42,599 bases of DNA from positions 1 through 42,599 of the IMG/VR virus record IMGVR_UViG_3300009605_000003, one strand, 5' to 3'. Shown one piece after another: positions 1 through 6,571 of the stretch (the stretch's first letter is position 1; the number at the start of each line of letters is the position of its first letter). The position numbers were made by a program, and so were the translations under genes. The notes under the pieces are model-generated. The model made no database searches. It saw only the letters and a list, made by a program, of their open reading frames with translations, and was not told the DNA's origin. The DNA comes from a virus (lineage: Duplodnaviria > Caudoviricetes).

Positions 1-123
1 AGGTCAATGAGATCTTGCTTATCACCTACTAGTATCCACTCAGTACCTGACTGATTATGGATACGGTCAACGGCACTAGCCCTCTTGATCTTCATCGCCA
101 TCTGCATCGTCCTCTCTATTCCA
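1..123. repeat. Terminal direct repeat, identical to 42477-42599 (circular assembly overlap)
   Basis: First 123 nt match the last 123 nt exactly; reading frames continue across the junction. Confidence 0.95.
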
Positions 124-645
124 TGGGTTTTCATTTGGGTCGGTGCTAACCACAATGGTTGGTTCAGGCTCGTGAATCTTGTGACGGTTAGCAATCACAG
201 TAAGTTGGAACAAGTTATCGACTACCTCCTTCTCGAAGTAAGTTTCACCAAACTTAGTTTGCCAAGGATAAACTACTAGCACAGAGTAACTATACCTTTC
301 AAGGCATAATCCTATCATGTGTAAGGTATCCTTAGAGAACCTATCCCAGAAGGCTATGATGTGGTTAGGGCATGGGCCGAACCTCAACATCTGCAGGTTC
401 CGTATTACCCCAGCCCGTGGTCCATATTCAGGCCAGTTAGCAGGCCACTCATGGACCTTCATACCCAGTCGAGTAGCAGCTAGGCTACCCATAAGGTCAG
501 CACCACCAGCCCCGCCATGATGGACGGTTATGTTAGTGTGAGGTTCAGGGTGTACTAGGTCCACGAGTGTCTGCTCGATAGCCTTCCCATGTGGGTCATA
601 GGTAGTCCATGACCTTGAGCCGGTTATCAGTAGGTCTATGACCAA
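76..645 (-). CDS. SLOG-superfamily protein (DUF2493/YspA-like)
   Basis: ITGSR, HGGAGGAD and WPANW..YG.RAG.IRN..M motifs typical of DUF2493 SLOG proteins; GGAGG SD upstream. Confidence 0.85.
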   Translation of the reverse strand: MVIDLLITGSRSWTTYDPHGKAIEQTLVDLVHPEPHTNITVHHGGAGGADLMGSLAATRLGMKVHEWPANWPEYGPRAGVIRNLQMLRFGPCPNHIIAFWDRFSKDTLHMIGLCLERYSYSVLVVYPWQTKFGETYFEKEVVDNLFQLTVIANRHKIHEPEPTIVVSTDPNENPWNREDDADGDEDQEG

Positions 646-884
646 CCTCCTCGGGGCATGGTTATCCTTAGCCCCTCATCCTTGATGGACCTTAGGTGAT
701 AGGTCACCGTGTCCATGCCAGCACCCAAAGCCTGGGTTGCACGCACTTGAGCCAATGGTATATTACCATCAGCGATTGCCTGGTTACACAACTTCAGATA
801 GTCAGAGGCAAACAAGGCATTACCTTGTATAGTCCTATCATTGACCGTCTGATTGTCCTTAGTGGACTGTTTTCTAGCAGGCAT
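636..884 (-). CDS. Early hypothetical protein (82 aa, start MPARKQ)
   Basis: ATG at 884 follows the AGAAAGGA SD of the repeated leader motif. Confidence 0.7.
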   Translation of the reverse strand: MPARKQSTKDNQTVNDRTIQGNALFASDYLKLCNQAIADGNIPLAQVRATQALGAGMDTVTYHLRSIKDEGLRITMPRGGWS

Positions 885-885
885 A

Positions 886-907
886 TAGTATTCCTTTCTA
901 CTTACTA
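886..907 (-). promoter_or_regulatory. Repeated leader/RBS motif, copy 1 (TAGTAAGTAGAAAGGAATACTA)
   Basis: Identical to 2110-2131; 3 mismatches to 3346-3367; each copy lies directly before an ATG. Confidence 0.8.
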
Positions 908-1066
908 AACCTACCGTTGATAGGTACGAGGGCCTACCTCCATAGTACCTCGCACCCATCCTCTGTATGTCAAGTGAATTGGCTATCCCCTACCAACCCG
1001 AGTGAGCTCCGCTTCATTTGTATAACCTACAGCTCACAATCCCTACTTCATATCAAGACAAGGTAC

Positions 1067-1237
1067 CTAGACCCTATTCAAATGGGTGGGTGGTGCCTCT
1101 ATCCTATATGATTGAGCCTTATTACCAGGTAACAGGTCAGTTTGAAAGGCTATGGCTTGGAAGCATAGTGATAGTGAGTCGGCTATTACCGAGTACATCA
1201 CATCATCCCCGCCATCGAGGACGTATACCCTATACAT
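1067..1237 (-). CDS. Small hypothetical protein (start MYRVYV)
   Basis: GGAGGG SD before ATG at 1237; tightly packed operon. Confidence 0.55.
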   Translation of the reverse strand: MYRVYVLDGGDDVMYSVIADSLSLCFQAIAFQTDLLPGNKAQSYRIEAPPTHLNRV

Positions 1238-1358
1238 TCCTACCCTCCAGTAACCGTCTGTCACCTATCTCAGCACAGTGCAGGCACTGTACACAGGTCT
1301 CAGGTGTCCAATGGTCCTCACGTTCAGTATGTAAGGCCCAATATTCTTCTATTGTCAT
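1230..1358 (-). CDS. 42-aa Cys-containing peptide (MTIEEYW...CVQCLHC), absent from ORF track
   Basis: TAATG coupling to the upstream gene; fills the gap in the operon. Confidence 0.55.
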   Translation of the reverse strand: MTIEEYWALHTEREDHWTPETCVQCLHCAEIGDRRLLEGRNV

Positions 1359-1669
1359 TAGCTATCTTTCCGTATCACTTCACAGAACATATCCCACAAA
1401 CTATGCCACGCCTCTATGTCGGCGTCTGAGTATGTGATCTGTCCTATGTCTAACCGTTCGGGCACAGGTATAGGGTTGATACTATCTGCTAGCGTACGGT
1501 ATGTGTTTCGTTCTTCTATTGTACTGTAAGCCACGAACTCATCAAAGAATAAGTCCGGTAGTGGTGCGATAGTCCGCCCATCCATCCAACCTATATGAGG
1601 TTTATCATACTGATTGGCAGTGGTGGGAAGACGCCGCTGAGATCCACCATGGCTAGGCCAAGTTTCCAT
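1358..1669 (-). CDS. Hypothetical protein (likely start METWP)
   Basis: TAATG overlap at both ends. Confidence 0.6.
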   Translation of the reverse strand: METWPSHGGSQRRLPTTANQYDKPHIGWMDGRTIAPLPDLFFDEFVAYSTIEERNTYRTLADSINPIPVPERLDIGQITYSDADIEAWHSLWDMFCEVIRKDS

Positions 1670-1851
1670 TAGACGTACTCGGCCATTACACAGGTATGTC
1701 CCATCCACTCCTCGAGTGTATAGAACCACATACCACATCCGGTAGGTGTGCTATCCACCTTCCCTTCAATAGTACCCCAATCAAACTCGATGATACCTGT
1801 GTAACATCTATATGGTGGTATCCCTGGCACTTTGTACTTACCAACGGCCAT
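1669..1851 (-). CDS. Small hypothetical protein (likely start MAVGKY)
   Basis: ATG 11 nt after the previous stop; TAATG coupling to the next gene. Confidence 0.5.
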   Translation of the reverse strand: MAVGKYKVPGIPPYRCYTGIIEFDWGTIEGKVDSTPTGCGMWFYTLEEWMGHTCVMAEYV

Positions 1852-1861
1852 TACCTTGTTG

Positions 1862-2110
1862 TTATCCAAAGCACTTACCGCATGAGAGGTTAGGCTTGAA
1901 CTGATCTTTGAGAGCCTCAATTCCGACAGACTCTGGATAGTCCCGTACTAGGTACCTAGGTGTTTTACCCAGCCAAGGTGCCTCAAGATATTCCCATATA
2001 CCACAGAAGGTGATCACCTTCTTGGTACGGATGGTGTTATCCCTAAGGTACTCTGTTTCTACCCGTCTTGAACCATGAGTCTTGCCGCCATACTTAGCGA
2101 CAACTAACAT
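1862..2110 (-). CDS. Hypothetical protein with Cys motifs (TFCG...CGKC)
   Basis: ATG follows leader motif copy 2. Confidence 0.7.
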   Translation of the reverse strand: MLVVAKYGGKTHGSRRVETEYLRDNTIRTKKVITFCGIWEYLEAPWLGKTPRYLVRDYPESVGIEALKDQFKPNLSCGKCFG

Positions 2111-2131
2111 AGTATTCCTTTCTACTTACTA
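2110..2131 (-). promoter_or_regulatory. Repeated leader/RBS motif, copy 2
   Basis: Identical to 886-907. Confidence 0.8.
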
Positions 2132-2135
2132 CTAA

Positions 2136-2292
2136 CCTGCAAGTTATGCAGGGTAGGATGAAGGACCATCACGGCCACTGACTGGTACTGCAAGGGAGCG
2201 AGTACCTTGGTAGCGTGGAGCAGACCGCTCAGGGCTAGGTCCCTCACCCTACCTTGCATCCAACCCGGCGACTTAGCCATGAGCTGGATGCA
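2136..2292 (-). ncRNA. Putative structured RNA / mRNA leader
   Basis: 2148-2167 pairs with 2238-2257 (19/20, two G-U on the minus strand) and encloses sub-hairpins; flanking hairpins at 2136-2152 and 2255-2292. Confidence 0.55.
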
Positions 2293-2385
2293 GGCATATG
2301 TAGGGGTATAAGTCGAGCACCCCATTGTAATTACAGGTCGGTTAGTTCATGTATATCACCCCCTCTCACCAACCTCAAGTGTGAA

Positions 2386-2580
2386 CTATCCAGGTAGTTT
2401 GATGGTATCACCCAACGTAGGATGTCTATGCCAGTACTTAGACTTGCCTCTGTCTGGCCCATTGGCCAGTACTGCATGGACATAGTACAGTCCATACATA
2501 GGGTCAAGCTTCACACTACGGTGAAGGTAAGACCTCGAGTCTAAGGACTTGGCCAGCCTCACGGCTGACTTATAGTCCAT
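2386..2580 (-). CDS. Small hypothetical protein
   Basis: GAAGGA SD; TAATG coupling. Confidence 0.65.
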   Translation of the reverse strand: MDYKSAVRLAKSLDSRSYLHRSVKLDPMYGLYYVHAVLANGPDRGKSKYWHRHPTLGDTIKLPG

Positions 2581-2753
2581 TAGTTATCCTTCCCTACTTC
2601 AAAGTCAAGAGAGCCCGTCGCCCTCTCATACCTCTCACCCCTTAGTGAGGTTACAGCACTAGCGATGGCTGCCTCTGCATTGGATGAGTCCTTCATTACT
2701 AGCCAGTACACGGCTAATTCAAGGTCACTCAACGCTTTGTCTACATTGTCCAT
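2580..2753 (-). CDS. 57-aa hypothetical protein (MDNVDKAL...), absent from ORF track
   Basis: GAGGTG SD; fills the gap; TAATG coupling to the next gene. Confidence 0.6.
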   Translation of the reverse strand: MDNVDKALSDLELAVYWLVMKDSSNAEAAIASAVTSLRGERYERATGSLDFEVGKDN

Positions 2754-2756
2754 AGG

Positions 2757-3185
2757 CTACATCACCTCGTACTCATCAGCCACAACCATTACCTGGTTAG
2801 CTGACGGTCTCACTATATGGTCACGCCATTCCCAGAGCAGTCGCTCAAAGATGGACTTGAAGTAATACCCGTGCCCTTTATCTTTGTGGTACTTGTAGGC
2901 CAAGAGATGGGCAGTCTCATGGACCATAGTGACAAGGTTGTTATCGTGTACCTTGATAAGACCTTCCCGCAAACGGGCCTGACCTTTCAGGTTCATACCT
3001 GATTTGCCAGTGAACTCAATCTCATATGTACCAGGGTCTATGCCCTCAGTCTCAAGGATGAGATCGAACAGAGCCCGTACCTCTTTCATAAGGTGCGGCT
3101 TGGTCCTAATAGGTGAGCGATAGTTAGGGTTGATTCCTTTAGGGAAATGTATCCCAGCCTCACCACCGAACCGGTCATAGGCCAT
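2757..3185 (-). CDS. SprT-like zinc metalloprotease
   Basis: HETAH (HExxH) followed by GHG..F, the SprT-like arrangement. Confidence 0.8.
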   Translation of the reverse strand: MAYDRFGGEAGIHFPKGINPNYRSPIRTKPHLMKEVRALFDLILETEGIDPGTYEIEFTGKSGMNLKGQARLREGLIKVHDNNLVTMVHETAHLLAYKYHKDKGHGYYFKSIFERLLWEWRDHIVRPSANQVMVVADEYEVM

Positions 3186-3343
3186 TAGATCATATGAACT
3201 ACAGGTAACTCAAGGTCTATGTACCTGCTCAGGATCGTGTGACACCAAGTACAGGCGAGGTGAGGACTATCATGTAGTACCTCATGTACCTGCATAGGTG
3301 ACGCATGTTCCATGAACAGGGATAGTAGGTCCCTGCCATCCAT
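3185..3343 (-). CDS. 52-aa hypothetical protein (MDGRDLL...CTWC), absent from ORF track
   Basis: ATG follows leader motif copy 3; TAATG coupling to the SprT-like gene. Confidence 0.65.
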   Translation of the reverse strand: MDGRDLLSLFMEHASPMQVHEVLHDSPHLACTWCHTILSRYIDLELPVVHMI

Positions 3344-3345
3344 AT

Positions 3346-3367
3346 TAGCAATCCTCTCTACTTACTA
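3346..3367 (-). promoter_or_regulatory. Repeated leader/RBS motif, copy 3
   Basis: TAGTAAGTAGAGAGGATTGCTA, 3 mismatches to copies 1 and 2. Confidence 0.75.
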
Positions 3368-3374
3368 CTTACTC

Positions 3375-3623
3375 GTGACCTTGTTGTCACAGTCTGATAT
3401 GCCCATCCTTAGGGGTAGTACTAAGCCCCTTATAGGTGGTGCTTATGAATCCTGGAATCGATCGCTAGACCGGCCAGGTCTAACAAACAGGACTCAGTGG
3501 CCCTTATTAGGGAACCTGTCCAGATGGACACATCAGACTATGACAGTTGTCACAGCCTAGAAGGTATACATCGCATACCCTCTAGGTAGTGGATGTATGG
3601 GGTGGCAGCTAACCCCACACACC
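3375..3623 (-). ncRNA. Putative highly structured RNA (~250 nt, multiway junction)
   Basis: About nine helices by eye, including 3390-3399/3531-3540, 3446-3454/3488-3496, 3462-3471/3477-3486, 3556-3586 and 3592-3623; imperfect pairs resolve as G-U on the minus strand. Confidence 0.65.
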
Positions 3624-3629
3624 AACCAA

Positions 3630-4172
3630 CTAGACGTTTACAGCGCCTGCGTTCCGTGCAATCTGGTCCTTCAGTTGCCACAGCTTCGAGTTGTTACCTT
3701 CAGCATCGGCCATCTTCTGGACGTAGTCAGCAGGAACACCAACACGATCAACTACTTCAGCGAGAGTCCCTTCGAACCCATCTGGCAGTCGGCGTCTGCG
3801 GATTGACCCGCCCCCACCGGAACCATTTGAAGTAGATGTGGCCTTTTTAGGGGCCACGGTGATCAGCCTGACCGTTGAGACAGCGGGTGCCTCTGGGTCA
3901 TTAGCATCGGGTGCCTGAACGATCTGTATACCGGATGCCCCAACTAATGCGATCTTTGCGAACACATCCTCGGGCAGCGCAGCAAGCAGATCCATTTCAA
4001 TTTCTTGAACGACATCCACACGCATGGAATTGAGAGCAGCTTCGGTTTCCTCGGCCTTGGTCTTATCCAAGACAGCGAGAGCCTCATTAGCAGACTTTAT
4101 CTTCTCGAGTATCGAAGCACGTTCCTCGTCCACCGACGTGGTGATCTCGGGTACCTGAACTTTGTCAGCCAT
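3630..4172 (-). CDS. Early protein with coiled-coil N-terminus, Gly/basic linker and small helical C-terminus (possible nucleoid-associated protein)
   Basis: AAGGA SD, promoter at 4260-4288, KKATSTSNGSGGGGSIRRRR linker; function is inference. Confidence 0.75.
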   Translation of the reverse strand: MADKVQVPEITTSVDEERASILEKIKSANEALAVLDKTKAEETEAALNSMRVDVVQEIEMDLLAALPEDVFAKIALVGASGIQIVQAPDANDPEAPAVSTVRLITVAPKKATSTSNGSGGGGSIRRRRLPDGFEGTLAEVVDRVGVPADYVQKMADAEGNNSKLWQLKDQIARNAGAVNV

Positions 4173-4259
4173 ATTCAGTTTTCCTTCTTGATTGCGTACC
4201 TCTGGACGCTGCCATTTCCAATGGTCAATTCAACTTTGTTGTTGAATCATCATGTCACC

Positions 4260-4288
4260 ATCTTATCACAGGTTCGACGCCGTGTCAA
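4260..4288 (-). promoter_or_regulatory. Sigma70-type early promoter
   Basis: TTGACA-17-TAAGAT with TG extension. Confidence 0.75.
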
Positions 4289-4366
4289 ATGGTACACCCA
4301 ACCGGGCGTGATATAGTAGATAGTTTAGGGTCATGTCTGGGACCGGTGCTATTCTATTGTACTAAC

Positions 4367-4396
4367 AGGCTATCATAGGATGGTACGGGTTGTCAA
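4367..4396 (-). promoter_or_regulatory. Sigma70-type early promoter
   Basis: TTGACA-18-TAGCCT with TG extension. Confidence 0.5.
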
Positions 4397-4419
4397 GGTC
4401 GCCCGTTGGCCAATCTGGA

Positions 4420-4656
4420 CTATCGCCTATGTAATCTCAGGCCTATTTTATTATCTTCCTCAGCCCACATTTCAGCGAGCACCCGTGCTTTGAGTTCACG
4501 TTGGGCTTCCCGTAGGGTATCCAGCCGTGTATCAATACGGCGGCGGATTCTACGATCAACCATATCATTATACGGTCCTTCTGGCAACACACGGCGACCA
4601 GGTAGGGGTATACGTGAGCCCATCGAACGGCGTTTCTTAACCGTGACGAAGGACAT
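4420..4656 (-). CDS. Arg-rich early hypothetical protein (start MSFVTV)
   Basis: AGGA SD; promoter at 4677-4705 just upstream. Confidence 0.6.
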   Translation of the reverse strand: MSFVTVKKRRSMGSRIPLPGRRVLPEGPYNDMVDRRIRRRIDTRLDTLREAQRELKARVLAEMWAEEDNKIGLRLHRR

Positions 4657-4676
4657 ATTCAATTCCTAACAACAAC

Positions 4677-4705
4677 AGATTATCAGATCGAGAACACAAT
4701 GTCAA
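4677..4705 (-). promoter_or_regulatory. Sigma70-type early promoter
   Basis: TTGACA-17-TAATCT with TG extension. Confidence 0.75.
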
Positions 4706-4784
4706 GGATCGAAGCGGGCATATCACAATTTAGGACCCGTCAATAACGGGTATAGTGATATCAATATCAATCTCGACATATACA

Positions 4785-4813
4785 AAGTTACACGAGATCG
4801 TGATACATGTCAA
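4785..4813 (-). promoter_or_regulatory. Sigma70-type early promoter
   Basis: TTGACA-17-TAACTT. Confidence 0.6.
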
Positions 4814-4898
4814 ATCGTACTTTCTGGACTATATCCGCAGATGATAATAGATTTTAGTCGATGCTCGTAGATCCTCGTATAATTTTGCTTTTCGGATA

Positions 4899-5115
4899 TT
4901 GTGCATTATTTCACAAAGATGGTGCTTGTGAAATCCTTCACAAAGTCCTGTCCTTGTGAAAAAGATCACAGCAGGTGTGAATAAAATCACAATGTCCCCA
5001 TGTGCTTGTGAAAAAGATCACAATGTCCCCAGGACTTTGTGAAAAGTTTCACACAATCCAGCTTGTGAAAAAAATCACAAAGGGGCTGTCGAGAACATTG
5101 TGAAATCCGTCACAA
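4899..5115. promoter_or_regulatory. Array of eight Rex-operator-like (TGTGA-N6-TCACA) palindromes
   Basis: 18-mers start at 4899, 4926, 4954, 4975, 5006, 5037, 5063 and 5098; the 4926 copy TTGTGAAATCCTTCACAA is a perfect TTGTGAA-N4-TTCACAA. Confidence 0.85.
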
Positions 5116-5129
5116 AGAACATATGTTCT
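5116..5129. promoter_or_regulatory. LexA (SOS) box, Gram-positive/Chloroflexi type
   Basis: AGAACATATGTTCT is a perfect AGAAC-N4-GTTCT palindrome. Confidence 0.65.
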
Positions 5130-5207
5130 ACACCCCCCATGCGATCTATCATACTAAAAAAAAGTTTATGGATAGTAATCGCAATGTTTCCAGATCACCA
5201 GATTCGA

Positions 5208-5669
5208 CTATACCTTTACTATTTCTGTGGCTGGGCGGTCCCAGGCTGGGGGTGCGCCGCCAAGATTTTGTATTTCCCACCAAAACCCATCCATTTTGAG
5301 AGTTTGAACCTGCACTAGCAAGGTATACCGTTGGTGTTGTACGGATCCTTCCGCATAATGTCGTAGGCGATCTTGATAATCGCTACGTCGGAGCTTATAA
5401 GCTGCTCTATGGCGGATAATTCTCTCTCTCTTGTTACGATCTTGGGGATTTAGGTCCAATGGTGGCCTACCTGGTTGTGGAGCTTGACGTGGATTCTCTC
5501 TAAGCAGTCGGAATGCGTCTACCAACCAACATTCAGGGTGCCAAGCTACCACTTTACGTTCTATCCTGGACTGAACACACTCAAAATCTTTATCTATAAT
5601 ACCAGAACGCTGGCAATCATCCTTGAAACAGGAGTAATCCCTATTTGCTATAGCTGGCCATAGATCCAT
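5208..5669 (-). CDS. Putative Zn-binding/DNA-binding protein (start MDLWP)
   Basis: CFKDDC...HPEC pair, PGRPP motif and basic helix; AGGTGA SD; own promoter. Confidence 0.7.
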   Translation of the reverse strand: MDLWPAIANRDYSCFKDDCQRSGIIDKDFECVQSRIERKVVAWHPECWLVDAFRLLRENPRQAPQPGRPPLDLNPQDRNKRERIIRHRAAYKLRRSDYQDRLRHYAEGSVQHQRYTLLVQVQTLKMDGFWWEIQNLGGAPPAWDRPATEIVKV

Positions 5670-5704
5670 TTGTTCACCTAACCTATATCGTGTATTATAT
5701 ATAC

Positions 5705-5733
5705 AGTATAACACAATGGTTCAACTTTGTCAA
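5705..5733 (-). promoter_or_regulatory. Sigma70 promoter
   Basis: TTGACA-17-TATACT with TGTGT extension, the same design as 38695-38723 and 42314-42342. Confidence 0.8.
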
Positions 5734-5771
5734 CTAGGTCAGACATACCTGTTATATATTGAGGGACAATA

Positions 5772-5800
5772 TTGACATACACAACCACCTATGATAGTCT
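5772..5800 (+). promoter_or_regulatory. Sigma70 promoter of the packaging operon
   Basis: TTGACA-17-TAGTCT with TG extension. Confidence 0.7.
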
Positions 5801-5838
5801 TGATGTATACCAATATACACTGATTATAAGGATTACCT

Positions 5839-6555
5839 GTGGATTACCCACCGGCCGCTCCACCAGCTGCTTCCCAGGTTATAGGGTCCCTGACTCCTGA
5901 ACCAGATACCCAAATGACCGAAGAAGCGACCGCTGTCGTAGAATCCGTTTCACCCTACTGGCAGGACTCCTCGGCAAAAACTGCCTATATGGGGTACAGA
6001 GGAGCAGGATTCAATAAACGGGAAGCGCTGGACTTAGTATCTCGATCGGACCGCACGCTATATTCATGGTACGCTAATGACAAAGAGTTCCAGGAGTTAG
6101 ATAATCAAGGACTCAACGAATTCAGAGAAAAAGTTGGACGTGACTTCGCCTACGCTGACTACATGCGTAATTGGCGGCTCACCATGCAGTATGATGGCAC
6201 TGTGCTACAGAAGGCAGTATCTGAACCTGAAAACCTCTCAGTTGAGGACCATCGGTACTTGCGTACTATTCGGGCTCAGTACACCCCCGCTGCACTTACT
6301 GCGATCACCGCCTACATGAAGGGTACAGAATCAGAATTACATGGCAATCGTACTCTCATTATGCAGGCTATAAACGCTGTCGCCAAAGACAGCCCTTCGT
6401 TTGGACCAATGTTCGACCCACACCAAGCAATAGAGGTAACTAATGCCGACCAAGAGAGGCCGCAGAGTAACCATACGTCAGAAGTCAGCTCGCAGGGGGA
6501 ACGCTCGCAAGGCCACAGTAACCAGGAAACTAGTGGGAAACAGGCGAGGCCCTAA
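5839..6555 (+). CDS. terS: Putative terminase small subunit (HTH)
   Basis: Directly upstream of terL; HTH-like REALDLVSRSDRTLYSW...D.EF. Confidence 0.65.
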   Translation: MDYPPAAPPAASQVIGSLTPEPDTQMTEEATAVVESVSPYWQDSSAKTAYMGYRGAGFNKREALDLVSRSDRTLYSWYANDKEFQELDNQGLNEFREKVGRDFAYADYMRNWRLTMQYDGTVLQKAVSEPENLSVEDHRYLRTIRAQYTPAALTAITAYMKGTESELHGNRTLIMQAINAVAKDSPSFGPMFDPHQAIEVTNADQERPQSNHTSEVSSQGERSQGHSNQETSGKQARP

Positions 6556-6571
6556 GGGTGGTCGATTCTAA
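6443..6571 (+). CDS. 42-aa Arg/Lys-rich protamine-like peptide overlapping the terS 3' end
   Basis: AGAGGT SD before ATG; MPTKRGRRVTIRQKSARRGNARKATVTRKLVGNRRGPKGGRF has no acidic residue. Confidence 0.6.
   Translation: MPTKRGRRVTIRQKSARRGNARKATVTRKLVGNRRGPKGGRF

Noticed and set aside
1-123. Biological terminal repeat
   Set aside because: It falls inside coding sequence mid-operon, so it is most simply an assembler overlap of a circular contig
2122-2325. 67-aa minus-strand ORF as a real gene
   Set aside because: No SD, and it coincides with a strongly paired RNA structure; not excluded but unsupported
3390-3540. Hammerhead ribozyme or tRNA
   Set aside because: CUGAUG lies inside a helix and is not followed by A or a GAAA core; there is no T-loop, anticodon arm or CCA geometry
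4899-5115. CRISPR array
   Set aside because: Repeats are 18-nt degenerate palindromes with 3-17 nt irregular linkers, too short for spacers; the only Cas-like gene is a solo Cas4-like nuclease 32 kb away
5100-5318. 72-aa plus-strand ORF
   Set aside because: Starts inside an operator box, has no SD and is antisense to a better-supported gene
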